Notes under the pieces: model-generated | Told to the model about the DNA's origin: nothing | Database searches by the model: none | The model's input: only the letters and a program-made list of their open reading frames with translations | Shown here: in pieces, positions 47,867 through 58,103 of the stretch | Layout: every line of letters begins with the position of its first letter | How positions within the stretch are numbered: the first letter of the stretch is position 1 | Made by a program: the position numbers and the translations under genes | Origin: Nitrosopumilus sp. | Lineage (GTDB): Archaea; Thermoproteota; Nitrososphaeria; Nitrososphaerales; Nitrosopumilaceae | Direction of reading: 5' to 3' | Assembly (NCBI GenBank): GCA_965204345.1 | Contig: OZ241981.1 | Coordinates: 1,120,001 to 1,184,000, forward strand | Length of the DNA stretch: 64,000 bases

Positions 47867-49109
47867 AAGGAAGATAAAGAAAAAAGATCATCCATCCTTG
47901 GATATAGTGGGCTCATATGGAATTGAATTGTCTGGGAAAAAGATTGTGCTTTGTGTTACAGGTAGTGTTGCAGCATACAAAGCAATAGAACTTGCAAGAT
48001 TGCTAATGAGACATGGTGCAGATGTTAAATGTGTAACAAGTAATGCAGTTACAAAATTAATTCAGCCAGAATATTTCAAATGGGCTACAGGAAACAAAGT
48101 AATAACAAAACTTACTGGTGAGTTAGAACATATCATGTTGGCAGACTATAACCAATCAGATCTAATAATAGTATATCCTGCAACTGCAAATACGTTAGGA
48201 AAATTGGCAAATGGGATTGATGATACGCCTGTATCAACAGTACTTACAGTAGGCTTTGGATCAAAAATTCCAATTTTGATGTGTCTTGCTATGCACGCAT
48301 CAATGTATGAAAATTCGGCGGTTAAAAAAAATATTGGATTTTTGAAAAATAAAATTGAGTTTGTTTCTCCTCAAATTATTGAAGGCAAAGCAAAGTCTCC
48401 TGAACCTGAGGATGTCCTGGAAAATGTATTAAGAAGGTTTGGATTTTCATCTGCATTAAAAAATAAAAAAGTACTAATGACTGCCGGACCTACAATTGAA
48501 CACATAGATCCGATACGAGTAATTACAAACCAAAGTTCTGGAAAAACAGGAATTAGTTTGGCATCAGAATTAATTTCTGCAGGAGCAAAAGTGACTTTGA
48601 TTTATGGACCAGGGGAAGAAAAACCGCCAAAAGGTGCCAAAATTATCAATGTTTTATCTAGCAAAGAAATGCATGTGGCAGTAAAAACAGAATTAAGGAA
48701 AAAATTTGACATTGTAATTATGGCTGCTGCAGTTTCAGATTACGTTCCTTCTGTTCGGAGTAAAAAGAAAATCAAGAGCTCAAGCTCCAGCATGAGTATT
48801 AGGCTTGAAAAAACTCCTAAAATCATAGATCAAATAAAAAAATATCAAAAAGATCTCTTTTTAGTAGGATTTAAAGCTGAAACAAATTTAACAAAAACTC
48901 AACTAATCAAATCAGCAGAAAAAAAATTAAAGGAAGCATCTGCTGATATGATAATTGCAAACGATATAGGTGCCTCCAGATACAGGAAAAATCCTCAAAA
49001 TAATCAGATTATTATTATTAGTTCAGGAAAAAACATTGTCTCAAAATGGACAAATAAAGAAAAAATTTCTAAACTTATTAAAAAAGAAATTGAAAATAAA
49101 ATCAAATGA
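47847..49109 (+). CDS. coaBC: Bifunctional phosphopantothenoylcysteine decarboxylase/synthetase
   Basis: TGSVAAYK, PATANT, TAGPTIEHIDPIR, SSGKTG, AAVSD, VGFKAE. Confidence 0.96.
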   Translation: MNILVAKRKIKKKDHPSLDIVGSYGIELSGKKIVLCVTGSVAAYKAIELARLLMRHGADVKCVTSNAVTKLIQPEYFKWATGNKVITKLTGELEHIMLADYNQSDLIIVYPATANTLGKLANGIDDTPVSTVLTVGFGSKIPILMCLAMHASMYENSAVKKNIGFLKNKIEFVSPQIIEGKAKSPEPEDVLENVLRRFGFSSALKNKKVLMTAGPTIEHIDPIRVITNQSSGKTGISLASELISAGAKVTLIYGPGEEKPPKGAKIINVLSSKEMHVAVKTELRKKFDIVIMAAAVSDYVPSVRSKKKIKSSSSSMSIRLEKTPKIIDQIKKYQKDLFLVGFKAETNLTKTQLIKSAEKKLKEASADMIIANDIGASRYRKNPQNNQIIIISSGKNIVSKWTNKEKISKLIKKEIENKIK

Positions 49110-49273
49110 AAAAATCTGAACTAAGAAGATTGGTTGCAGAATATAAAGAAAATAACTTAAAATTTCTTAAATCAAATGACATCAAATTAAAAGAAAAAAT
49201 TAGTGAAATTGAACATAGATACTATCATGAAACTGGTAGAAATTTAAAATCAGATTTAGAAGAGATTACATAA
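49106..49273 (+). CDS. 55-aa hypothetical protein
   Basis: Not in the track. MKKSELRRLVAEYK...EIEHRYYHETGRNLKSDLEEIT; ATGA overlap with the coaBC stop. Confidence 0.7.
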   Translation: MKKSELRRLVAEYKENNLKFLKSNDIKLKEKISEIEHRYYHETGRNLKSDLEEIT

Positions 49274-49296
49274 AATAGATCAGATATTATACAATT

Positions 49297-50148
49297 ATGT
49301 ATAAGATGAAATTAGTTCATTCAGAATACAAACAACGAAATATGAAAATTTGGAATGAGGTTGCCCCAAGATATCATAAGAGATGGGCCAGCGTAAATAA
49401 AGGGCCATTTCAAAGTACAAAAAAACTAGTGGAGTTGGTAAATATCAGCAAAGATGATGTGGTGTTAGATGTTGCATGTGGTACGGGAGTAGTTACAAAT
49501 GAAATTCGAAAAAAAATTGGAAAATCAGGATACGTTGTAGGAATAGACACTTCAAGTACGGCAATTAAAATTGCAAAAAAATGGAATGGGAAAAAATCAA
49601 ATGTAAATTTTGCAAATATAGATGCAGAAAAATTCAATTTTTCTAAGAAATTTGATGTTGTTACCTGTCAATATGCTTTGTTTTTCTTTCCTGATGCACA
49701 AAAAGCGTTAAAAAATATGAAGAATAGCCTCAAAAAATCAGGAAGGATAGGGGTTTCTGTTCATGGAAGTAAAGACGCTGTTCCTTTCTTTAGTAGTATT
49801 ATTGATTCAGTTATCAAGTATATTCCAGATTATGTTCCACCAGGTTCACCAGATCTTGATAGATTTGGAACAAAATCAGCCTTGAGAAGAGAGGCAAAGA
49901 AAGCTGGGTTTTCAAAAATCATGGTAAAGGATTATGTTTTTTATTTCAGTCCAGGAAAATTTGAGGATTATTGGAAAAATTATCTAAAATACATTGCAAA
50001 GCCGCTAAAAGAAAAGCTAAACGAGTTGGATTATTCAAAAAGAAAAGAGTTGAAACAGCTAGTCAAAGACAAAACATTACAGTACACGAAGGAAAATGGA
50101 GAGATTTTATTTCCTTGGCAAGTTTTAATTCTAGGTGCTAAAAATTAG
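49297..50148 (+). CDS. Class I SAM-dependent methyltransferase (UbiE-like)
   Basis: VLDVACGTG, GID, DAE, FDVV. Confidence 0.9.
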   Translation: MYKMKLVHSEYKQRNMKIWNEVAPRYHKRWASVNKGPFQSTKKLVELVNISKDDVVLDVACGTGVVTNEIRKKIGKSGYVVGIDTSSTAIKIAKKWNGKKSNVNFANIDAEKFNFSKKFDVVTCQYALFFFPDAQKALKNMKNSLKKSGRIGVSVHGSKDAVPFFSSIIDSVIKYIPDYVPPGSPDLDRFGTKSALRREAKKAGFSKIMVKDYVFYFSPGKFEDYWKNYLKYIAKPLKEKLNELDYSKRKELKQLVKDKTLQYTKENGEILFPWQVLILGAKN

Positions 50149-50159
50149 ATTGAAGGGAT

Positions 50160-50642
50160 ATGGGTAAAGAAAGTAAGAAAAAAGAGGATAAACCAAAAAA
50201 GAATGATTTAAAGTCATTTTTGAAAAAGAGAGCTCCAATCTATCTTGCTTTGATCGCAATATTAGTGGTGTTTGTAATTCCTGAGTATACCAAGGGAACA
50301 CTAGAGAAGAGTTTTCCGGAATTCTCAGTTGAAGAGAAACAAGTGGTTGATATTTTAATGAAATATGACGGTCCAAATAATGATGGATTAACAGTCTTAG
50401 AAGCATTAGAGAATAAAATCAGCGAGGAATATCCCAATGAGAAGATCTTTGATCATAAGAAAACAATGGTTGATTTAGTTGTAACAAATATAGATTCTGA
50501 AAAATATAAGGTGAATTTTAATTTTAAATCATATAATGGCGAAATGAATTATGATTGGAATGTGGATATAATTTCTGAGGAGATTTCTTCTAACAATCCA
50601 GAAGCAAAGCACATAATTGATGTAGTTAATTATTACGACTAG
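50160..50642 (+). CDS. Hypothetical membrane-anchored protein
   Basis: Basic N-terminus, one TM, acidic soluble domain. Confidence 0.75.
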   Translation: MGKESKKKEDKPKKNDLKSFLKKRAPIYLALIAILVVFVIPEYTKGTLEKSFPEFSVEEKQVVDILMKYDGPNNDGLTVLEALENKISEEYPNEKIFDHKKTMVDLVVTNIDSEKYKVNFNFKSYNGEMNYDWNVDIISEEISSNNPEAKHIIDVVNYYD

Positions 50643-50646
50643 AAAT

Positions 50647-51711
50647 CTAAATTGTGACCAGATCCTTAGTAAATTTATGCATTATAATTGGTTTATCCTT
50701 TACAATCAACGAGTCCTCTATTCTTATTCCAAATTTATTTGGAATGTAGATTCCAGGTTCTACAGTAATTGCCATGTTTGTTTTTAATTTTGTACTGCTT
50801 CTGTAAGAAACGGTTGGGAGCTCATGTACTTCTAATCCAATTCCATGACCTGTCGAATGAATGAAATATTTGCCATAATTTTTTTCTTCAATGTATTTTC
50901 TACATGCAGCATCCACGTCCTTGCAATCAATATTTGGTTTTACCGCTTTTAAACCAAGTCTTTGTGATTCTTTAACAATTTCATATGCCTCATTTTCTCG
51001 TGGTGAAATTTTTCCCAATGCAAATGTTCTAGTTGCATCAGAAACATATCCTTTGTATCTTAATGTAAGATCAGTTACAATCAGATCACCTTTTTTGAAT
51101 TTTCTGTTTGTTACCTGAGCATGTGGAAGTGCACCATTTGGACCGCCCGCAATGATTAACGGGTTAAGGGTTGATTTGTATGCCGTATCAAACATTTCTT
51201 GTTGCATTGCATATGTCATTAGAATTGTTTGTAATTCTGATTCTTTTTGACCAACTTTCATCTTTTTTGAACAAATTTGGAACATTTCATCAATGATTTT
51301 TGATGCTTTTTTGAGAATTTGAATCTCTTTTTCATCTTTTATGATGCGAGCATTGTAAAATGGTTCAGTTGATGACTTGATTTTTGGGATTGATTTTTTT
51401 AGTGACATCATTATAGAGTGGTTTTGGCAATCAGTACAAACCCGATTTTTCTTTGTTTTTTTAATAACTGAAGAAATTAGGCCTTCTCCCCTCTCGGCAG
51501 TAACTACGTTACAATCTTCAGATTCTTCTTTTGCTCTTTGAACTTCAAGTTCGGGAGCAATAATGGTAGTTTTTCCATTCTTTTCTAGTAGACCAACTGC
51601 CTCACCCCAAAATCCAGTCATGTAAAATAAATTTTCAGGCTCAAATATTACTAGCGTATCGCAATCGATCTTTTGAGCATATTTGAGAAGATTCTTTCTG
51701 CGTTGCTTCAT
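50647..51711 (-). CDS. Xaa-Pro aminopeptidase (M24 family)
   Basis: PH, SDATRT, HSTGHGIGLEVHE, TVEPGIY, GIRIED. Confidence 0.95.
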   Translation of the reverse strand: MKQRRKNLLKYAQKIDCDTLVIFEPENLFYMTGFWGEAVGLLEKNGKTTIIAPELEVQRAKEESEDCNVVTAERGEGLISSVIKKTKKNRVCTDCQNHSIMMSLKKSIPKIKSSTEPFYNARIIKDEKEIQILKKASKIIDEMFQICSKKMKVGQKESELQTILMTYAMQQEMFDTAYKSTLNPLIIAGGPNGALPHAQVTNRKFKKGDLIVTDLTLRYKGYVSDATRTFALGKISPRENEAYEIVKESQRLGLKAVKPNIDCKDVDAACRKYIEEKNYGKYFIHSTGHGIGLEVHELPTVSYRSSTKLKTNMAITVEPGIYIPNKFGIRIEDSLIVKDKPIIMHKFTKDLVTI

Positions 51712-51737
51712 ACAGAGACACTTGCATTTCTCAATTT

Positions 51738-52799
51738 ATGTATGATGTAAAGTTTGTATATGGAAAATTAAACTTGATCGCTGTGCCTGAAGATAAGGAG
51801 AAGAAGAAGAAGGTAGTTGCCCTACTGTCTGGAGGATTAGATAGCCAACTCGCTGTAAGAATGATGCAGGAACAAGGCTTTGATGTTTCAGCTGTTGCAA
51901 TTAAAACTCCATTTTGTGATTTTGATTGTGGAAGAGGTTGCGGTTTTGAAATTAGAGAAAGAGCAGACGATCTCAATGTAGATTTAAAAACAGTTTATCT
52001 CGGTGATGAGTATATTGAGATGTTAAAACATCCAAAGCACGGCATTGGTGCCGGATTTAACCCGTGTGTTGATTGTAGAACAATGATGTTTGATGCTGCA
52101 AAAAAACATATGGAAGAAATTGGTGCAGAATTTATTATTTCAGGGGAGGTGCTGGGCCAACGTCCAATGAGTCAACATGCACCATCATTACATATCATAG
52201 AGAATGAATCCAACTTAAAGGGAAAAATTGTTAGGCCCTTGTCTGCGGGATTACTGCCGCCCTCAGATGCTGAGAAAGATGGCTTGATCAAAAGAGAAAA
52301 TCTCGGAATGATTAAGGGAAGACAAAGAAAAATTCAAATGAAAATGGCCAAAGAATACGGAATTGAAAATCCGCCCAATGCAGGTGGCGGTTGTTTGTTA
52401 ACAGAACCGCAATTCGGAATCAAAGCTAAGGATTTGTTTGATCATATTGAAACCCCCACAATTAACGAAATTGATTTGTTAAAAATTGGAAGACATTTTA
52501 GATTGGATGAAGAAACAAAATTTGTCGTTGGAAGAAACAAAGATGAGAATGAAATGATAAAAGCACTGGCATTGCCCGAAGATATTTTGCTTGAAGCTAA
52601 AGATTACGTGGGACCAGTTTCAATATTACGTGGCAAGAATGCAAAATTGCATGTAGAATTTGCAGCAACTGTAACACTGAGATATTCAGATGCACCAAAA
52701 ACTGAACATAGTATTATTTCGGTTAAAAACGGAGATTCAGTTAAAGAAGTTAATGCAAAATGTGCAGAAGAGCAATCTTATATTAAATTTAGAATGTAG
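51738..52799 (+). CDS. PP-loop tRNA thiolation enzyme (ThiI/MnmA-like) with C-terminal DUF814-like region
   Basis: SGGLDS, NPCVDC, GEVLGQRPMSQ, AGGGCLLT, GRHFR; start probably near 51775-51783. Confidence 0.8.
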   Translation: MYDVKFVYGKLNLIAVPEDKEKKKKVVALLSGGLDSQLAVRMMQEQGFDVSAVAIKTPFCDFDCGRGCGFEIRERADDLNVDLKTVYLGDEYIEMLKHPKHGIGAGFNPCVDCRTMMFDAAKKHMEEIGAEFIISGEVLGQRPMSQHAPSLHIIENESNLKGKIVRPLSAGLLPPSDAEKDGLIKRENLGMIKGRQRKIQMKMAKEYGIENPPNAGGGCLLTEPQFGIKAKDLFDHIETPTINEIDLLKIGRHFRLDEETKFVVGRNKDENEMIKALALPEDILLEAKDYVGPVSILRGKNAKLHVEFAATVTLRYSDAPKTEHSIISVKNGDSVKEVNAKCAEEQSYIKFRM

Positions 52800-52872
52800 G
52801 CGTGAAATTTTTTAAAAATTAGTTAAAACTAAGGAAGAGTTTTTGAGGAAGTAGATCTCATTTTCAACAAGG

Positions 52873-53151
52873 ATGCAAAAACAGGAAAATTCCACATATC
52901 TAAAGGCTATAACAATTAGGGATGTCAGTGATGTCCATTCTATCAAGGAAGATATCAAAAAAAACATGATTTTGATTCTAAGAGTCACACCGCTGGCACA
53001 AAAAGATGTCGAACAGCTTCGTAAAGTAGTGGAAGAGTTGTATTCTATTGCAAAGGCCGAAAATGCTGAAATTGCAAGATTAGGAGAAGAAAGAATTATT
53101 GTTGCTCCATCTGGCATTAAAATTTGGAAACCCGAATACGATCTAAAATAA
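52873..53151 (+). CDS. sepF: Archaeal SepF-family protein
   Basis: ILILRVTPL...EIARLGEERIIVAP. Confidence 0.75.
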   Translation: MQKQENSTYLKAITIRDVSDVHSIKEDIKKNMILILRVTPLAQKDVEQLRKVVEELYSIAKAENAEIARLGEERIIVAPSGIKIWKPEYDLK

Positions 53152-55122
53152 TTTTATTGCTTCCTGTACCTGGGGATAGTGTGCAGTAACTTTATACATT
53201 CGTCTGATATTCATTGCAAGATTTTCTGATTTCTTACGTTCTCCATGATTGACTAATACGCGACGAAGTTTTGGTCTCAATCTTTGAACAAATGACATTA
53301 GTTGATTATAATCGCTATGTCCGCTAAAACCATCCAATTTTTCAACACCACAGTTAATTGAAACAACTTCAACTTTTCCTTCCTTGCCTAACATAGATGC
53401 TTGTTTGGAACCATCAAGAACTCGTCTTCCCAATGTTCCATTTACCTGATAAGAAACAAACAATACCTTGTTCTTTTTATCAGGGGCAATATTTTTGAAA
53501 TATTCCAAAACAGGTCCGCCTTCAAGCATTCCGGATGTCGCTAAAATGATGCATGGGGAATTGTCTCTCATTGGTTCTTCCCTAGCATCTGCATGTTCAA
53601 TATTAGTAAAGTATTCAGAGTCAAACGGATTATCATCAGTCTCTAGAATTTTTTGTTTTAGCTCCCTTGCTAAATATTCGGGATATGATTCATGTATTGC
53701 AGATGCCTCAGAGATCATTCCTTCTGTAAATACTGGTGCTTCAACCATTTCTCCTGATTTCATATAGTGATCAATTACCATCATGATTTCCTGCGCACGT
53801 CCAACAGCAGGAATTGGAATCAAGACTTTGCCCCCATCTGCCAAGGTATTGTTAACTGCATTAATGAAGGCAGATTCTACTTCTTGCCTGGTTGGTTGAA
53901 TATCGTCTTTAAGGCCATACGTACTTTCAATCAATAATGTTTCAACCCGCGGAAAGTTCCAGCTAGCAGCTTCAAACAAAATACTTTTTCCAAATTTAAT
54001 ATCACCAGAATAAACAAAGTTGTGGTCGCCATTTCCAATATGAAAGTGACATAATGCAGAACCAAGAATATGCCCGGCATTGGCTAAAACAAGCTTAATG
54101 TCAGGTGAGATATCAGTCACGGTACCATAAGGCAGAGTAATTGCTTGTCTCATGACTTGTTTTACGTCTCGTTCAGAATAAATGGGAGTTCTGCCTTGGG
54201 CTGCAGCCACCTTGATTGCATCTAGCTGAATTAGATTCATCATGGGTAATGTTGGTTCAGTACAATAAATTGGTCCTTTATATCCATATTTACATAATGT
54301 CGGTAAGAATCCGGTATGATCCAAATGTGCATGTCCAATGACAATGGCATCAAGCTCATCCAATGTTATATTTAGAGAATCTAATCGTGGAAATGCATCC
54401 ATTGGGGAACGCGCACCAGGATTAATTCCGCAATCAAGTAGAATTTTACTTTCAGGAGTAGACAGCAACATTGAAGAACGGCCTACTTGGCCAAATCCGC
54501 CAAGAGTATGAAGAGATACTTCGGTTCTTTGAGATAATCTAGGTCTAAAGATTTCATCCCCAACTTGTTTAAGCTGTTTACTTCTTTCAGCAGAGGCTTG
54601 TTTTAAAGTGGCATTAATTGTTTGGATTGTACGTGATGGTATAGTAGTGGATTTTCTAATACGCAATCTCCAACCTATTTTTTCAGTAACTTCAGCATGA
54701 TTGAATTCTTTTGCGTTTCTTTGTAGCAGCCAAGGTCTTTTTGCCTCAACTGATACTTCACCTGTTGCTGTATCAAAAATAGTTCCTTGCAGGTTTGCTT
54801 CCTCAGGAACAGATTCTGCCAAGATTTTTCTAGCTTCAGTTTCAGATTTTCTAATTGATTCATCGGTTCTAACAACAATTCTTTTTTTGATTATGTTTAC
54901 AAGATTTGAGATGGTGTCATTATTTTCCATTAAGTAGCGAGGAGAATTTGTGTAAAGGGCAATTCTTGGTCCTTCATATTCAATTTTTGTAACACTTGCC
55001 TCTTTGGGTATACTTTGCAGTATGGTTGCCATTATATTCTGGCTAGTAGGAGGTGAATCTTTTTCTAATTGTTTTCTTTGCATTAAATCACTAAAGTTCG
55101 ATGACGGCTTTCTTTTGCTCAT
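53143..55122 (-). CDS. Beta-CASP ribonuclease aCPSF1 (FttA termination factor)
   Basis: N-terminal KH domains (EYEGP), LGGFGQVGRS, HAHLDH, AGHILGS, FSGHSD, HGE; start probably the ATG at 55083. Confidence 0.95.
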   Translation of the reverse strand: MSKRKPSSNFSDLMQRKQLEKDSPPTSQNIMATILQSIPKEASVTKIEYEGPRIALYTNSPRYLMENNDTISNLVNIIKKRIVVRTDESIRKSETEARKILAESVPEEANLQGTIFDTATGEVSVEAKRPWLLQRNAKEFNHAEVTEKIGWRLRIRKSTTIPSRTIQTINATLKQASAERSKQLKQVGDEIFRPRLSQRTEVSLHTLGGFGQVGRSSMLLSTPESKILLDCGINPGARSPMDAFPRLDSLNITLDELDAIVIGHAHLDHTGFLPTLCKYGYKGPIYCTEPTLPMMNLIQLDAIKVAAAQGRTPIYSERDVKQVMRQAITLPYGTVTDISPDIKLVLANAGHILGSALCHFHIGNGDHNFVYSGDIKFGKSILFEAASWNFPRVETLLIESTYGLKDDIQPTRQEVESAFINAVNNTLADGGKVLIPIPAVGRAQEIMMVIDHYMKSGEMVEAPVFTEGMISEASAIHESYPEYLARELKQKILETDDNPFDSEYFTNIEHADAREEPMRDNSPCIILATSGMLEGGPVLEYFKNIAPDKKNKVLFVSYQVNGTLGRRVLDGSKQASMLGKEGKVEVVSINCGVEKLDGFSGHSDYNQLMSFVQRLRPKLRRVLVNHGERKKSENLAMNIRRMYKVTAHYPQVQEAIKLF

Positions 55123-55732
55123 CGGTTAAAAGACGGAATCCGTCTTTGTCCATAACAGCGACATTAATTCCGTCGCCTGTACCAATGTTTCTAACTATTG
55201 CAGATTTAACAGCTCGTAGGGCTATTTGTTTTGCTTCTTCAACTGTGAGATCTTCTCTATACTCATCTTCAAGTAAACCATAAGCAACCGGTGAGCCACT
55301 GCCAGTTGTAACATATGATTTCTCTTCGACTGATCCAAACATATCTACATTAAACAACGAAGGACCGTCATCATCATAACCGCCAAGTAGGATGTCAGCC
55401 ATGAATGGATAGCCCCTATTTTGATGAAATATCAATGAACAAAGTCGTGCAAGTGAGTGAATAGAAATTGAGCCATGCTTTTGAACTCTATGAAGATTAG
55501 AATGATAGCGTAAAATATCAACAATATTTTGTGCGTCTGCAACTCCTCCAGCCAGGGTCAATCCTGCATGTAAATCGATTTGCTGGATTTTCATAGTATT
55601 GTTATTTGCAATAAAATAGCCTGCACTAGCTCTCATATCAGCGCATAATACAACACCATCTTTAGCCTTGATACCTACAGTGGTAGTCCCATGCAAAATT
55701 TTTTCTTCAACATTATTCGACAAAAAATACAC
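55091..55732 (-). CDS. psmB: Proteasome subunit beta
   Basis: Propeptide followed by HG|TTTVG, GSGS. Confidence 0.96.
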   Translation of the reverse strand: MYFLSNNVEEKILHGTTTVGIKAKDGVVLCADMRASAGYFIANNNTMKIQQIDLHAGLTLAGGVADAQNIVDILRYHSNLHRVQKHGSISIHSLARLCSLIFHQNRGYPFMADILLGGYDDDGPSLFNVDMFGSVEEKSYVTTGSGSPVAYGLLEDEYREDLTVEEAKQIALRAVKSAIVRNIGTGDGINVAVMDKDGFRLLTDEQKKAVIEL

Positions 55733-55800
55733 CTGTGATTATAAAATAAGTGGCATCTCACCCTTTTAAATAACTTTTTGATCCTTTGAAATCATAAATA

Positions 55801-56865
55801 ATGACAAAAAATCAAGATCATATGCAGTCACATACTATGGAATTGCCTAGGCTCATTGAAATTGGTGAAAAGAATGTTAATGACTTTGGAAGATTTCTAC
55901 ACTCATTAAATAAACCAAAAAAAGTTTCTTTAATAGCTGGAATTAATGTTCAAAAAATTCTGAAGAAAAAAATAGAAAAATCATTAAAAATTAAAAAAAT
56001 TCAATTTATTTGGCATACTTCAATAGATAATCAAATAAAATCATTAAATCAAATTCAAAAGGATGTTAGAAAAGATAATTCGGATTTGATTGTGGGTATT
56101 GGCGGAGGTCGTTCTGTGGATACTGCTAAGCTAATTTCATACAAGCTGGCAAAACCGTTTGTAAGCTTGCCAACTGCGGCATCTCATGATGGAATGGCCA
56201 GTCCATTTGTATCAGTAAAGAGTGATAAGCCGCATTCAATTGTAGCATCAGCGCCAATGGGTGTTTTTGTAGATATTGACATTATCAAAAAAGCTCCAGC
56301 AAAATTACTAGCTAGTGGCTGTGGCGATCTTATTGCAAATATTATAGCCGTTAGAGACTGGCAATTAGGTTACAAAAAGAAAAAAGAATACTATGGAAGA
56401 TATGCTGCAGATTTGGCCATGATGAGCGCCAAAATAGTTATGGAAAACTCATCAGAATTTTCAAAAAAAGGACTAGATGCAAGAGTAATTGTAGAGGGTC
56501 TGATTAGTGCAGGAGTTGCATCATGTATTGCAGGAAGTAGTAGACCGTGCTCAGGTGCAGAACATCTTTTCTCACATGCGCTTGATAGGCTTGCCCCGGG
56601 AATTGGACTTCATGGAGAGAAATGTGCACTAGGATCTATCATGATGGCAAAATTACAGGGACAAGATTGGAAGAAGATTGTGAAAACTTTGAAAGACATA
56701 GGGGCGCCAACTACTGCAAAAGAGATTGGTCTTAAGCCAGAAGTAATCCTTGAAGCTCTAAGAATTGCACAAGATCTAAGACCAGAAAGATATACAATTC
56801 TAAAAGAAATTAAAATGACAAAGAAGACCGCATTTAGTCTTGCAAAAAGCGTTAAAGTGATTTAA
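55801..56865 (+). CDS. egsA: sn-glycerol-1-phosphate dehydrogenase
   Basis: GIGGGRSVD, PTAASHDG, SSRPCSGAEHLFSHALD, LHGE. Confidence 0.96.
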   Translation: MTKNQDHMQSHTMELPRLIEIGEKNVNDFGRFLHSLNKPKKVSLIAGINVQKILKKKIEKSLKIKKIQFIWHTSIDNQIKSLNQIQKDVRKDNSDLIVGIGGGRSVDTAKLISYKLAKPFVSLPTAASHDGMASPFVSVKSDKPHSIVASAPMGVFVDIDIIKKAPAKLLASGCGDLIANIIAVRDWQLGYKKKKEYYGRYAADLAMMSAKIVMENSSEFSKKGLDARVIVEGLISAGVASCIAGSSRPCSGAEHLFSHALDRLAPGIGLHGEKCALGSIMMAKLQGQDWKKIVKTLKDIGAPTTAKEIGLKPEVILEALRIAQDLRPERYTILKEIKMTKKTAFSLAKSVKVI

Positions 56866-57608
56866 GCGGTTTTTAATTCGGAAATCTTTTCTTTTGTTTC
56901 TGGTTTCTTTTCCTGTGTTTGTTTGTTGATGTGCGTTTCAACAAAACTAATTTTTTCTAATGTTGAAACAAATTTGAAGATATCTAACTGGATCAAGTGT
57001 TTCATAATTTGTAAGCCATCAGCACGCAGAATTTCTTCAGGTATCATAATGCTTGCTTCGTTATCCTTCAGGTCAAATGCAATTTTAGTATCTTCTACAG
57101 GCAATCTATTTTTTAGAATTCCATCTACTTTGTCATTTGAAGAATCCAGTGATTTAATGACATTGACATCAAACAAAATTGTTTTTCCTGCATACCGATG
57201 ATTATAGTCGATTTGGACTCTGCCAGAACCAATAAAACGAATAATTCCCCTTTTGTTATCGACTTCAATTGTATCGCCAACTGAAACTTTTTCCGCGTCT
57301 TCTCCTAACTTTCTAATAGGAATCATTCTAACCTTGCCAGAATCTCTTTCACCAAAACCTTTGTCCGGCGTTACCTCAACTGTAAGTTTGTCTCCAACAG
57401 CAGTTTTTGCAAGAGCCTCATCAAGTCCTTTGAGAACAGGATAAGAGTCTTCTCCGATAGAAACTAGTTTTGGCTGATACTTGACATTTTGTTCATGAAT
57501 GGAATATTTTTTCGCATCTGCTTCAGTAGTTGTATCAAAAACTTCTTCAGTGTCTTTTACTTTTGCAGTATAATCAACTAGAATTAAGGAACCCTTATCA
57601 AATGTCAT
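56862..57608 (-). CDS. Long-type archaeal FKBP peptidyl-prolyl isomerase
   Basis: VDYT, FDTT, GLDEAL, FGERD, DYNHRYAGK. Confidence 0.93.
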   Translation of the reverse strand: MTFDKGSLILVDYTAKVKDTEEVFDTTTEADAKKYSIHEQNVKYQPKLVSIGEDSYPVLKGLDEALAKTAVGDKLTVEVTPDKGFGERDSGKVRMIPIRKLGEDAEKVSVGDTIEVDNKRGIIRFIGSGRVQIDYNHRYAGKTILFDVNVIKSLDSSNDKVDGILKNRLPVEDTKIAFDLKDNEASIMIPEEILRADGLQIMKHLIQLDIFKFVSTLEKISFVETHINKQTQEKKPETKEKISELKTA

Positions 57609-58103
57609 TGTGATCGGTCTCGAATTTCCTTATATTAATCTAAACCATTTGAAATTGTTCATAATAGAACCGCATAAATCCGTAATTCTGCAAAAGATGT
57701 TTTTGTGTAAAATGCATTAGAGATGGCAAGGTAAGATGAGTTTAGGGAAGGTAAGAAATACAGATAGTTTTTTTTGAGAAGATCTCCATAATGCCGAGAA
57801 ATTCCAAGGAGAATATTCAACAAACAATTAACAATTTTACAAAATTTTCTATGAAAAATATCAAGATACGCCGGATCAGATATGTGAGGAATTAAAAATT
57901 ATAAGAAAAACTAAGCAGGAAAGATATGAAAAGCGCTTTATGGATTATTCAAAGACTGGATTGATTGTACACATTCAATCTTAGAGAGAGAGGGGGTGTT
58001 TTCATCGATTTCAGACATAAAATACGTGTGATGGAGTTTTCACTTAAATTTATGGGATCTGAGTTTTCTCCAAAATTACCTAATTATTTTAGTTGAGGAG
58101 TAT

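Noticed and set aside
52812-53117. 101-aa minus-strand ORF
   Set aside because: It is antisense to the SepF-like gene.
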